DNA from: Longimicrobiales bacterium
Lineage (GTDB): Bacteria > Gemmatimonadota > Gemmatimonadetes > Longimicrobiales > Gaopeijiaceae
Length of the DNA: 64,000 bases
Assembly: GCA_965226375.1 (NCBI GenBank)
Contig: CBDDCX010000007.1
Location: 480,001 to 544,000 of the forward strand
Direction: 5' to 3'
Under the pieces are notes generated by a model that made no database searches, was not told where the DNA came from, and worked only from the letters and a program-made list of their open reading frames with translations. Positions 53,907-63,663 of the stretch are shown one piece after another (within the stretch, counting starts at the first letter, position 1; every line of letters starts with the position of its first letter). A program made the position numbers and the translations under genes.

Positions 53907-54392
53907 ATGCGGAGCCCCGAGTCCGGGAGTCACCTTCCCGATCCTATGGGTGCGGCAGGTCGGCGCATCGCCATTATCGCCGCCCGTTTCAACGGTGACG
54001 TGACCGCGGAGTTGGTCGAGGGGTGCCGGGCCGGCCTGGTGGAGTTCGGTGTCGGCGACGACGACTTGGACGTGTATTGGGTACCCGGTGCGTGGGAGCT
54101 CCCCCAGACTGCCCGAAGGGTAGCGTCACAGGGCCGGCATGATGCCATCATCGCGCTCGGATGTGTCATCCGGGGCGAAACGGCCCATTTCGACTATGTG
54201 GCCGGTGAGGCCAACGATGGGCTAGGTGCCTTGGCGCGCACCCTCGACGTTCCGCTCCTCTTCGGCGTGCTCACCACGGAAACACATGAACAGGCTTGGA
54301 CTCGTGCGTCGAGAGAGCAGGACAACAAAGGCCGTGAGGTCGCCCTGAGTGCTCTCCACATGGTGGCTCTCTACTCGGAATTGGGGCAGTAG
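53907..54392 (+). CDS. ribH: 6,7-dimethyl-8-ribityllumazine synthase
   Basis: ARFN, VPGAWELP, GCVIRGETAHFDYV, FGVLT, NKG. Confidence 0.96.
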   Translation: MRSPESGSHLPDPMGAAGRRIAIIAARFNGDVTAELVEGCRAGLVEFGVGDDDLDVYWVPGAWELPQTARRVASQGRHDAIIALGCVIRGETAHFDYVAGEANDGLGALARTLDVPLLFGVLTTETHEQAWTRASREQDNKGREVALSALHMVALYSELGQ

Positions 54393-54838
54393 TGGCCGGG
54401 GCCATCAGCCACGACGCCCCCAGGCGGATCGACAGAACCCGTGCCCGCGCCTGGGCGCTTCAGATCCACTACCGCTGGGACGTGGCCGACCAGAGCGGTA
54501 CCCTGGCCGAAGCCCTGGAAGAAGCCCTCACCAGCCGCCGGATCGCTCCGGCGCGTATAGCGTACATTCGGCGGTTGCTGACGACCCTGGACGATAAAGG
54601 CGCCGAAATCGATGCCATACTCGAAGAGGCATTGGACAACTGGCGTATGGACCGGCTCTCGATTCTCGATCGAGCCGTTCTCCGGATCGCCGCCGTAGAG
54701 ATCACCCACTTCGACGACGTGCCACCCAAAGTGTCGATACAGGAGGCGGTGCGCCTGGCGGAGAGGTACAGCGGTGTCGACTCGCCGAGATTCGTCAACG
54801 GCGTGCTCGACGCACTCTACAGGCGAACAGCCGACTGA
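54392..54838 (+). CDS. nusB: Transcription antitermination factor NusB
   Basis: RARAWALQ, DRAVLR, EAVRLA, FVNGVLD. Confidence 0.93.
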   Translation: MAGAISHDAPRRIDRTRARAWALQIHYRWDVADQSGTLAEALEEALTSRRIAPARIAYIRRLLTTLDDKGAEIDAILEEALDNWRMDRLSILDRAVLRIAAVEITHFDDVPPKVSIQEAVRLAERYSGVDSPRFVNGVLDALYRRTAD

Positions 54839-54854
54839 TTCGGAGCTCGGGTTC

Positions 54855-55967
54855 GTGAACATCCTCGTTCTCAACTGGCTCGATCCGGACAATCCGCAGG
54901 CGGGTGGGGCCGAGGTCCACCTGTTCGAGATCTTCCGACGACTGGTAGAGTGGGGCCACTCGGTCACGCTGCTCTGCTCGGGTTGGCCGGGAGCTTCTCC
55001 TACGACCGACATCGCGGGCATCGAGATCCATCGAACCGGGGGTCGTCACACACTTTCCTTCGCCGCACCGAGATACTACCGCCGCCACCTATGTGATCGT
55101 GTTTTCGACGTAGTGGTGGAGGATCTCAACAAGGTGCCCTTTTTCTCTCCCAGGTGGGTCGATGCCCCCGTCGTTCTGTTGGTGCACCACCTCTTCGGAG
55201 CCACGGCCTTTCGTGAGGCCTCGTTCCCGGTCGCCGCGGCGACCTGCCTGCTCGAAATGCCTATCGCCCGGATCTTCCGCGACGTGCCGACCGCGGCGGT
55301 CTCGCCGAGCACCGCCGAGGATCTGACGAGTCGTGGGTTGCAACGCAATCTCATCGAGATCATCCCGAACGGTGTGGACCTCGGGGCTCTGACGCCGGGC
55401 CGGCAGGAGGAGCGTTTCGAGGAGCCGACGCTCCTGTACCTAGGACGCCTGAAGCGGTATAAGCGTGTCGATCTGATCATGCAGGCTGTGGCGACGCTGG
55501 CCGAGCGATCCGTGCCGTGCCGGCTGCTCGTGGCCGGTCAAGGAGACCATCGCGCTCGCCTCGAAGCGTTGCGCGCCACCCTTGGCCTGGAGGATCGGGT
55601 CGAGTTCCTCGGATTCGTTTCTTCCGAAAAAAAGCTCGAGCTGCTGAGGAGGAGCTGGACTCACGTGCTGACCTCGCCCAAAGAGGGGTGGGGCATAGCT
55701 AACCTGGAGGCCGCGGCTTGCGGAACGCCCACCGTGGCCAGCGACTCGCCGGGACTGCGCGACTCGGTCGTCGACGCTCGCACCGGGTATCTGGTTCCTC
55801 ACGGTGATGTGAGCCGGCTGGCGGATCGTATCGCGGAGCTGCTGAGCAGTCAGGACCTCAGGTCTCGGATGGGCAGGGGAGGCAGGGAGTTTGCGGAGCG
55901 ATTCAGCTGGGATGCGTCTGCCCGCACCATGGAGCAATTCCTCAGGGAGCGGGTAGCTGAGGGATGA
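54855..55967 (+). CDS. Glycosyltransferase family 4
   Basis: NPQAGGAE, GRLKRYK, EGWGIANLEA (EX7E). Confidence 0.9.
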   Translation: MNILVLNWLDPDNPQAGGAEVHLFEIFRRLVEWGHSVTLLCSGWPGASPTTDIAGIEIHRTGGRHTLSFAAPRYYRRHLCDRVFDVVVEDLNKVPFFSPRWVDAPVVLLVHHLFGATAFREASFPVAAATCLLEMPIARIFRDVPTAAVSPSTAEDLTSRGLQRNLIEIIPNGVDLGALTPGRQEERFEEPTLLYLGRLKRYKRVDLIMQAVATLAERSVPCRLLVAGQGDHRARLEALRATLGLEDRVEFLGFVSSEKKLELLRRSWTHVLTSPKEGWGIANLEAAACGTPTVASDSPGLRDSVVDARTGYLVPHGDVSRLADRIAELLSSQDLRSRMGRGGREFAERFSWDASARTMEQFLRERVAEG

Positions 55968-56043
55968 GGCCCCGGGTACCTTATTCGGGCTTGAATGCCT
56001 GCGGTCGACTCGACCTCAGGGTGGTGCACTTTGCGGAGGTGGC

Positions 56044-56370
56044 ATGGAAATTCGAATCACGTCACGTCACACGGATTTGTCCGACGCGCTGCGCGAGCGC
56101 ACGGAAGAAGTATTGAACAAGCTCACCAAATATGAACCTCGTGTATCCGCGGCCGAGGTTGTTTTCGATGAAGCAAAGCACTCGAAGACCGTCGAGGGCA
56201 TCATACACGTCGATCGAGGTGACCCCGTGGTCGCGTCGGGAGAGGCAGACGAGTTTCGTCCGGCTCTCCACCAGATGATCGAGCGACTGACCAAGCAGCT
56301 TCGGCGGAGGCACCAGCGGCACGTCGATCATCAGGCTCCGAAGCTCTCAGAGGCTCACGTCGAGGAGTAG
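56044..56370 (+). CDS. hpf: Ribosome hibernation promoting factor (short HPF/RaiA)
   Basis: MEIRITSRH..LSDALR, KL.K...QLRR; lies upstream of hprK. Confidence 0.8.
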   Translation: MEIRITSRHTDLSDALRERTEEVLNKLTKYEPRVSAAEVVFDEAKHSKTVEGIIHVDRGDPVVASGEADEFRPALHQMIERLTKQLRRRHQRHVDHQAPKLSEAHVEE

Positions 56371-56377
56371 GCTGGAT

Positions 56378-57370
56378 TTGACCAAGGATTCAATCGACCT
56401 CACGGAGACGACAGCCAGCCTCACCGTTGAGAGGCTCTTCGAGGATAGACAGGAATCCCTGCATCTCGAGGTATTGAACTCCGGGATCTCCCTTGATCGT
56501 GCGGTGACGGATTCGGACGTGTCGAGTCCCGGAATCGCCCTCTCCGGGTACACTCAGCGCTTCGCCGAAGGTCGCATGCAGGTCTTCGGCGAGACCGAAA
56601 TTTCCTACCTCGAGTCCCTCAATGACGACGAGTTGCGGGAGCGGGTCGGAGGCGTCTTTCGATTCGACATTCCGGCCGCCTTCGTGACCAAGGGCCTATC
56701 CTTCTCCCAGGTGTTCCTCGACCTGGCGACGGAACACGGAATTCCGATTTTCCGCTCGAAGCTGAGCACGAAGGAATTCTATTGGCGAATCAAGCCGTAC
56801 CTCGATTCCGTGCTTGCTCCCAGAACGCATCTCCACGGTTCGCTGGCCGACGTGTATGGCGTGGGACTTCTCTTCATCGGCAGCAGCGGCGTGGGCAAGA
56901 GCGAATGCGTGCTCGATCTGGTGGAGCGCGGACACCGACTGGTGGCGGACGACCTCATTATCGTGCAGCGGCGTGGGCCCGACGTACTCCTGGGTGAAGG
57001 CCACGAAATGCAGGGCCATCACATGGAGATCCGCGGACTGGGCATCATCGACATCAAGGCCCTCTTCGGAATCCGGGCGACCCGTCAGCAGAAACGGATC
57101 GAGGTCGTGGTCCAACTCGAGATGTGGGACGAACAGTCCGTGTATACCCGCACGGGGCTCGAGGAGGAGGAGATGGAAATTCTGGGAGTCAATCTGCCCA
57201 AGGTCACCATTCCGCTGAACCCGGGGAAGAACATCACTGTCATCTCCGAGGTGGTGGCCATGAACCATCTCCTCAAGTATCTGGGAGTGGATTCGGCTGC
57301 CGCTTTCAATGTCCGGCTGCAGGACGCGATGCGTCCGGTCCGGGAGTACCTCGAGCAGGACTATGAGTGA
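56378..57370 (+). CDS. hprK: HPr(Ser) kinase/phosphorylase
   Basis: HG, GSSGVGKSE, LVADD, MEIRGLGII. Confidence 0.95.
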   Translation: MTKDSIDLTETTASLTVERLFEDRQESLHLEVLNSGISLDRAVTDSDVSSPGIALSGYTQRFAEGRMQVFGETEISYLESLNDDELRERVGGVFRFDIPAAFVTKGLSFSQVFLDLATEHGIPIFRSKLSTKEFYWRIKPYLDSVLAPRTHLHGSLADVYGVGLLFIGSSGVGKSECVLDLVERGHRLVADDLIIVQRRGPDVLLGEGHEMQGHHMEIRGLGIIDIKALFGIRATRQQKRIEVVVQLEMWDEQSVYTRTGLEEEEMEILGVNLPKVTIPLNPGKNITVISEVVAMNHLLKYLGVDSAAAFNVRLQDAMRPVREYLEQDYE

Positions 57371-57758
57371 AGCCCCCCAGGTCCGCGGTGTGCTGCTGAG
57401 CCACGGAACGATGGCCGAAGGTATGGTCGACGCGGTCAACAAGATCGCTGGCCTGGATGAAGGCGCTTTGCTGGCCTTGAGTAACGAAGGGTGCAACCCG
57501 CAGGGTCTTGCCGAGCAGGTCGACGACCTGGTGGGCGATGCGCCGACCGTCGTATTCACCGACCTCTGTACCGGCAGCTGTGCGCTGACTGCCCAACTGA
57601 CCTGCCGAGACAACGGACGGCGTGCTGTGGTTTTCGGCATGAACTTGCCGATGCTCCTCGACTTCGTATTCCATCGGGATCTACCCCTCGACGAGTTGGT
57701 CCCCCGCCTCCTCGAAAAGGGCAAGGAAAGCGTCAAGAGCGTGCCGGCGCATTCGTAA
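57363..57758 (+). CDS. PTS mannose-family EIIA
   Basis: LLSHG phospho-His, FTDL..GS, GMNLPML. Confidence 0.88.
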   Translation: MSEAPQVRGVLLSHGTMAEGMVDAVNKIAGLDEGALLALSNEGCNPQGLAEQVDDLVGDAPTVVFTDLCTGSCALTAQLTCRDNGRRAVVFGMNLPMLLDFVFHRDLPLDELVPRLLEKGKESVKSVPAHS

Positions 57759-57759
57759 A

Positions 57760-58239
57760 ATGTCCGTCGTTCTCTTTCGCATCGACGAGCGTCTCATCCA
57801 CGGCCAAGTGGTCATGGGGTGGGGCCCCGAGTTGCGGCCGGAGCACTACGTGGTGGCGGACGATGAGCTCTCCGCAAGTGAGTGGGAGCAGGACTTGTAT
57901 CGCCTGGGTCTCCCCGAGACGGCAACTGCAGAGTTTCTTACCGTGGTCGACGCCCGGGCGCGTCTCGAAGCCCTCGAATCCGATCCCAGGATAACGATTG
58001 TCCTGACCCGTTCGGTCTCGGCGATGGAGGGTCTGGCGGCCGGCGGGGCGCTGCGGGGCAAGGAAGTGAACGTAGGCGGGGTCCACCACGCACCGGGGCG
58101 TACCGAGCGGTTGCCTTACGTCTTTCTCGATGCCGAGGATGAGGCGAGTCTCAAGTCTCTGGAGGATCTGGGGGTGGCGGTGTCTGCGCGCGACCTGCCG
58201 AGCAGTCGAGCCGTCGGCTTGGCATCCTTGCTGAGGTGA
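57760..58239 (+). CDS. PTS mannose-family EIIB
   Basis: RIDERLIHGQV. Confidence 0.92.
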   Translation: MSVVLFRIDERLIHGQVVMGWGPELRPEHYVVADDELSASEWEQDLYRLGLPETATAEFLTVVDARARLEALESDPRITIVLTRSVSAMEGLAAGGALRGKEVNVGGVHHAPGRTERLPYVFLDAEDEASLKSLEDLGVAVSARDLPSSRAVGLASLLR

Positions 58240-58243
58240 CATC

Positions 58244-58900
58244 TTGACGCTCATGCTTTCGGCTCTCGGGGGCCTGCTTGCCCTCGACGCGACCTCGCTG
58301 GGTCAGTTCATGATATCCCGTTCCCTCGTGGCGGGAGTGCTCACCGGCTGGCTGCTCGGAGACCCACTCGTGGGTCTGGAGATCGGAGCGATCCTCGAGC
58401 TCTTTCATGTCGCCGGCTTGCCCGCGGGAGGGTCGCGGGTGCCTGAGTCCGGCCCGGCGTCCGTTGCGGCCGTTGTGGCTGCTGTGGCGACGGGGGGGGC
58501 TCCCGGCCTGGCTGTTGGAACCGTGGTGGGCCTGGTCACGTCGGACCTGGGTGGACTGACGGTCGGCGTGCAACGGCACGTGAGCGCGGTCTTGATCGGC
58601 CGAGTCGAAGCCGGTTCCGCGACGCCGGCCTACCTCGATGCTACTCACCTGGCTTTGATGGCCCTGGACTTCGTTCGGGGAGTCGCGGTCACCGGCGCCG
58701 CCATCTGGGCAGGGAGTTGGCTCGTCGGTGCTTTCGGTTCCGGGTGGACCCTCGGGTACGGACCCACCATGGGGATCGTCTTGCTGGGAGCGTCCTTCCA
58801 TCTCGGGGCGCTCCTGAGGGGCTTCGGTGGATGGCGATCCCGACGGATCCTGTTCATGGTCGGGGCGGTGGCGGGCATGATCGGGACTTACCTGACGTGA
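58244..58900 (+). CDS. PTS mannose-family EIIC
   Basis: QFMISR.LV.G...G..LGD...G..IGA.LEL...P.G...PE; hydrophobic. Confidence 0.85.
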   Translation: MTLMLSALGGLLALDATSLGQFMISRSLVAGVLTGWLLGDPLVGLEIGAILELFHVAGLPAGGSRVPESGPASVAAVVAAVATGGAPGLAVGTVVGLVTSDLGGLTVGVQRHVSAVLIGRVEAGSATPAYLDATHLALMALDFVRGVAVTGAAIWAGSWLVGAFGSGWTLGYGPTMGIVLLGASFHLGALLRGFGGWRSRRILFMVGAVAGMIGTYLT

Positions 58901-59646
58901 GCTCGAAGGTGGAGTGGCCGGCCGGCTGGATAGGTAGCCTCATGAGGTCCTTCGCGATCCAGGGCTCGTGGAACTATCGGTCGATGATCGGTTCAGGTTT
59001 TGCCTTCGCGCTCGTGCCGTTCCTGCGCCGCAGTGGACTCACGGGAGAGGACTTGGCGGTGGTGACCCGCCGACATCTGAAGTCGTTCAACGCCCACCCG
59101 TATCTATCGGGGATCGCTCTGGGGGCGGTAGCTCGCATGGAGTCCGAACAGGTGGATCCTCTGACCATCCATCGGTTCAAGGAGGCCATCCAGGGGTCAC
59201 TCGGAGGATTGGGTGATACCTTGATCTGGGGCGCGTGGCGCCCGGCGACGCTCTTGATGGCTTTGGCGGTCGCATGGACGGGCGCCCCGCCGTGGGTTCC
59301 GGTGCTTCTTTTTCTGGGACTCTACAATGCGGGCCATCTCGCGATCCGCTGGTGGGGGTTCAGGATAGGACTCGAGGGGGGGCGGGAGGTTGCGGCCCGG
59401 CTGAAGGTAGCTGGCCTGTCCTCGATTGCGGAGCGGATCTTCGCGGCAGCTGCATTGCTCTTGGGGATTCTTGTGGGTGTTCTTTTGGCGGGCCGCCTGT
59501 CGATGGCGGGAACGACATGGCTCTGGCCGCTCGGAGGGATGACGGGCTTCGTCGTCGGGCTCCGGTTCGGTCCCAGAGTACTTCGTTTCGCGACGCTCGC
59601 CTTGGTGTTGGTAATCGCGGTGGTCACGGCCATGGGAGCTATATGA
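58897..59646 (+). CDS. PTS mannose-family EIID
   Basis: QGSWNY..M, FNAHPY, LGGLGD. Confidence 0.88.
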   Translation: MSSKVEWPAGWIGSLMRSFAIQGSWNYRSMIGSGFAFALVPFLRRSGLTGEDLAVVTRRHLKSFNAHPYLSGIALGAVARMESEQVDPLTIHRFKEAIQGSLGGLGDTLIWGAWRPATLLMALAVAWTGAPPWVPVLLFLGLYNAGHLAIRWWGFRIGLEGGREVAARLKVAGLSSIAERIFAAAALLLGILVGVLLAGRLSMAGTTWLWPLGGMTGFVVGLRFGPRVLRFATLALVLVIAVVTAMGAI

Positions 59647-59939
59647 CCGAGGAGCGTATCGAACGCGTAGTCGAGGTCGTGAACCTCTTGGGGTTCCATG
59701 CACGACCGGCGGCTGAATTCGTACGCCTGGCCGGGTCGTTCGGTTGCGAGATCTGGTTGGAGAAGGAAGGCCTCGAGGTGAACGCCAAGAGCATCATGGG
59801 CGTGCTCATGTTGGCCGCCGAGAGAGGTTCTAAGCTCGTGGTTCGAGCACAGGGTGACGACGCGGAAGAGGCGGTTCGCGTCCTGGTGGACTTGGTCGCC
59901 GGAGGCTTTGAGGAGATGCACGGTGTCGAAGGTCTTTGA
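59643..59939 (+). CDS. ptsH: Phosphocarrier protein HPr
   Basis: GFHARPAA (His15), NAKSIMGV (Ser46). Confidence 0.95.
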   Translation: MTEERIERVVEVVNLLGFHARPAAEFVRLAGSFGCEIWLEKEGLEVNAKSIMGVLMLAAERGSKLVVRAQGDDAEEAVRVLVDLVAGGFEEMHGVEGL

Positions 59940-61701
59940 CGGCGTAGGTGCCTCGGAAGGCATCGGGGCAGGTCGCGTCCACATGCTGACGTGGGGGGTG
60001 CCGGACGTCCCCCACCGGTCGGTGGAGCCCGATGCCGTCGAGGGTGAGGTCGAGAAGCTCCATGCGGTGGTCGATTGGGCCAAGGATAGGCTCCGTGAGC
60101 TCGAGCAGTCCACCGAAAGTCGTTTGGGAAGTGTGGAGGCGAGGATCTTCGAGCCGCAGCTCCTCATGCTCGAAGACGCCACTCTCATCGAGGGGGCCGC
60201 TCTCTACATTCGTGAGAACCGGCTCTCGGCGGCGCGAGCGCTCGAGTGGCGAATGCTCGAGTTCCAGGCGCTTTGGAGCCGGACGGCTCATCCCATGGTC
60301 CTGGACCGCATCAACGACCTCCAGGACCTGCAGGTGCGGCTGTTGCATCAGCTTTTGGGCCTGCCGGATCCTACCGACGTGTCGGGCCTCCCGGACGGCG
60401 CCATCATCGTCACCCCGAATCTGTCCCCGAGCCTGACGGTGCAGATGGACCCCGGGGTCGTACGGGGGATCGCTGCCGATCAGGGCACGAGGACGGCGCA
60501 CTGGGTCATGCTCGCCCGATCGTTGGGAATTCCGACCGTGTGCAGACTGGGCGTCGTGTCCGGGCAGGCGAGAGCCGGACAGGAGGCCATCGTAGACGGA
60601 CGCATCGGGCGCGTCGTCTTGGATCCGGACCCCAAGGACCGAGAAATTTTCAAAGTACGCGAGACGCAGATTCGGGCGTGGGAGCGTGAAATCGAGGTCA
60701 TCGCCAAACTCGAGTCGGTGACGGCGGACGGCCAGCCGATCGCGTTACGAGCCAACCTCGACTTGCCCGCCGAAGCCGAGAAAGCTCGAAGCCATGGTGC
60801 CATGGGCGTCGGCCTGTTCCGGACCGAATTTCTGGTGGTGGGCCGGAACCAGATGCCCGACGAGGACGATCAGTACGAGGCCTATCGAAAGGTCGCGGAA
60901 GCGTTTCCCAAGCAGGTGGTGACCGTCCGGACCTTCGATCTGGGCGGAGACAAGTTCCCGATGTTCTTGCACATGCCGGCCGAGGACAACCCGTTCCTGG
61001 GGTGGCGTGCCATTCGTGTGTGTCTCGATGAACCGGAGCTCTTCCGGACTCAACTCAGGGCCATCTTGCGTGCCTCGGCCCACGGCGACATCCGGATCAT
61101 GATTCCCCTCGTGAATGACGTAGAGGAGATTCGACAGGTGCGTGAGATGGTCGAAGAGGAGGAGAATCTTCTACGTTCGCAGGGCATTCCCTTCAACTCG
61201 GGTTACAAGCTGGGAATTCTGGTGGAGACGCCGGCCGCGGCGCTGGAAGCCGTCGAGTTGGCCAGGCACTGCGATTTTTTCTCCATCGGGACCAACGATC
61301 TTACCCAGTACACGCTCGCGGTGGACCGCACCAGTGCACGGTTGGCCAAGCTCTTCAACCCCTTCCACCCGGCCGTTGTCCGGCAGTTGGCCCAGGTCTC
61401 CCGCGTGGGGAAGGGTGCGGGCATCGAGGTGAGTGTGTGTGGTGAGATGGCCGCCAATCCTCTGGGGGCGTTTCTCCTTCTGGGGTTGGATATCACGGCG
61501 CTGTCCGTGGCCTGGCCGTCGCTGCCCGAGGTCAAGAAAATGATTCGTAGCTTTCACATCGACGATGCGCGTAAGGCAGCGAAGGAGGCGGTGAACGCCC
61601 CGACCAGCAAGGAAGTGGTGCAGAGTCTCGTAGACGGGATCGGCGGATCGGTCGATCTGGCGGCGTTTTCAGGCCGGTGGAACTTGTCGCTCCCCGAATG
61701 A
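59923..61701 (+). CDS. ptsI: PEP-protein phosphotransferase (Enzyme I)
   Basis: TAH phospho-His, GVGLFRTEF, NPFLGWRAIR, SIGTNDLTQY, VCGEMA. Confidence 0.95.
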   Translation: MSKVFDGVGASEGIGAGRVHMLTWGVPDVPHRSVEPDAVEGEVEKLHAVVDWAKDRLRELEQSTESRLGSVEARIFEPQLLMLEDATLIEGAALYIRENRLSAARALEWRMLEFQALWSRTAHPMVLDRINDLQDLQVRLLHQLLGLPDPTDVSGLPDGAIIVTPNLSPSLTVQMDPGVVRGIAADQGTRTAHWVMLARSLGIPTVCRLGVVSGQARAGQEAIVDGRIGRVVLDPDPKDREIFKVRETQIRAWEREIEVIAKLESVTADGQPIALRANLDLPAEAEKARSHGAMGVGLFRTEFLVVGRNQMPDEDDQYEAYRKVAEAFPKQVVTVRTFDLGGDKFPMFLHMPAEDNPFLGWRAIRVCLDEPELFRTQLRAILRASAHGDIRIMIPLVNDVEEIRQVREMVEEEENLLRSQGIPFNSGYKLGILVETPAAALEAVELARHCDFFSIGTNDLTQYTLAVDRTSARLAKLFNPFHPAVVRQLAQVSRVGKGAGIEVSVCGEMAANPLGAFLLLGLDITALSVAWPSLPEVKKMIRSFHIDDARKAAKEAVNAPTSKEVVQSLVDGIGGSVDLAAFSGRWNLSLPE

Positions 61702-61768
61702 CGAAATAGGTTCGGCGGGCCGTGGGCCAGGTCGTTCCAGCGTTTGAAACAAGAACCCAGAGGCACCT

Positions 61769-62947
61769 GTGAGTCGTCATCTCTTCACGTCCGAGTCCGT
61801 AACCGAGGGGCATCCGGATAAACTTGCGGACCAAATATCCGACGCGGTACTCGACGCCATGCTTCGCGACGATCCCCAATCGCGGGTGGCGTGCGAGACG
61901 CTCGTCACGACCGGGATGGCCATTGTCGCGGGTGAGATCACGACCGAGTCCAAGGCCAGCCTTCCCGAGGTAGTGCGGAAGACGATCCTGGATGTCGGAT
62001 ATGATGACGCCAGCTATGGCATCGATGGACAGTACTGCGCGGTTCTCACCACCATCGACAAGCAGTCTGCGCACATTGCGATGGGTGTGGACACCGGTGG
62101 GGCCGGGGATCAGGGAATGATGTTCGGGTATGCCACGGACGAGACCCCTGAACTCATGCCGGCACCGATCCACTATGCCCACGCCCTGACGCAACGACTG
62201 GCTGAGGTGCGGCATAACGGCACCCTACCTTGGGTTCGCCCTGACGGGAAATCACAGGTGAGCGTGGCCTACGAAGAGGGGCGCCCGGTGTCGATCGCCA
62301 CCATCGTAGTGAGTACGCAGCACGCGCCTGATGTGGATAACGAGACGATCCGTGAGGGCATCATCCGCGAAGTGATTTTGCCCGTAATGCCGTCCGATCT
62401 TCTGGACCCTGAGGCGTGCACCTTCCACATCAACCCCACAGGCAAGTTCGTCATCGGTGGTCCGCACGGTGATGCCGGCCTCACCGGACGTAAGATCATC
62501 GTCGATACGTATGGTGGAATGGGGGCGCACGGTGGTGGTGCCTTCAGCGGGAAGGACTCCACCAAGGTCGACCGCTCTGCGGCCTATGCGGCTCGTTGGG
62601 CGGCCCGGAATCTGGTGGACGCGAAGGTCGCGTCGCGCTGTGAGATCCAGCTGGCCTACGCCATTGGCGTGGCCCAGCCCGTTTCCATCCGGGTCGATAC
62701 GTTCGGGACCGGCGTGTGTCCCGACGAGCAGGTGGCGTCGGCCCTCGAAAGTGTCTTCGACTTTCGGCCACAGGCCATCATCGAGCAGCTGGAACTACGT
62801 GCTCCCATCTTTCTTCCGACGGCGGCATACGGACACTTCGGTCGTACGCCGGAGAGCAGGACGCTCGAGGATGGGCGCTCCGTAGATCTCTTCACTTGGG
62901 AACGATCGGACCGCGTCGACGATCTCCGGACGGCCCTCGGCCTCTGA
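61769..62947 (+). CDS. metK: S-adenosylmethionine synthetase
   Basis: [33 protein letters not shown]. Confidence 0.98.
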   Translation: MSRHLFTSESVTEGHPDKLADQISDAVLDAMLRDDPQSRVACETLVTTGMAIVAGEITTESKASLPEVVRKTILDVGYDDASYGIDGQYCAVLTTIDKQSAHIAMGVDTGGAGDQGMMFGYATDETPELMPAPIHYAHALTQRLAEVRHNGTLPWVRPDGKSQVSVAYEEGRPVSIATIVVSTQHAPDVDNETIREGIIREVILPVMPSDLLDPEACTFHINPTGKFVIGGPHGDAGLTGRKIIVDTYGGMGAHGGGAFSGKDSTKVDRSAAYAARWAARNLVDAKVASRCEIQLAYAIGVAQPVSIRVDTFGTGVCPDEQVASALESVFDFRPQAIIEQLELRAPIFLPTAAYGHFGRTPESRTLEDGRSVDLFTWERSDRVDDLRTALGL

Positions 62948-63089
62948 GGGGTCCGCGGCGACGCGACCGCACGGTCTTGGATCGTCGTGCCGGATCCGTC
63001 TGAAGACCCCCCGGAGGAGAACCCCCGCGGACCTTCGGAGTATTCCTACAATCGAGTGGAGGGATTTTTCGAATCCTCGGCCAAGGCGA

Positions 63090-63626
63090 TTGCCGGTGCT
63101 GGTTCGGGTCCGCGTACAAAGTCTCCGGTTGGATCAGGCGAACAACCACCCGGTCGTGATCCTTCAGGAGAGCGACGGTGAACGGGTGCTCCCCATCTGG
63201 ATCGGGCCGGGTGAGGCGAGTGCCATCGCCATGGAGCTCGCCCAAATGAAGTTTCCCCGGCCGCTGACGCACGACCTTCTGGCGTCCGTTCTCGGTGGTC
63301 TTGGCGGCGCCCTCCAGAAGGTCATCATCAGCCGGGTCGAGGAGAACACCTATTTCGCAGAGATGATCATCCGCCGCAACGGCGAGGTTATTTCGATTGA
63401 CGCTCGACCATCCGACTCCATTGCGGTGGCCCTTCGCACCCAGGCCGAGATCTTTGCGCACGAGGAGCTGTTGGAGATGATGTCCGTCGAAGGTTCCGCG
63501 GATTCATCCGACATAGAAGTCGATGGGGAACCGTGGTTGGAGACCGACCCGAAATTGGCGGCGGAGGAGCTCAAGGAATATCTGCGGAAGCTTGCTCCAG
63601 AGGATTTCGGACGTTTCACCCCCTGA
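63090..63626 (+). CDS. Bifunctional nuclease family (DUF151) protein
   Basis: LPIWIG..EA, RPLTHDL, DARPSDSIAVA. Confidence 0.9.
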   Translation: MPVLVRVRVQSLRLDQANNHPVVILQESDGERVLPIWIGPGEASAIAMELAQMKFPRPLTHDLLASVLGGLGGALQKVIISRVEENTYFAEMIIRRNGEVISIDARPSDSIAVALRTQAEIFAHEELLEMMSVEGSADSSDIEVDGEPWLETDPKLAAEELKEYLRKLAPEDFGRFTP

Positions 63627-63663
63627 CAATCCGTCATCCCCGAGGCACCATCCGGAGCCGTAG

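Noticed and set aside
61702..61768. SAM riboswitch upstream of metK
   Set aside because: 67-bp spacer with no recognisable SAM-I/II/III or SAM-SAH consensus.
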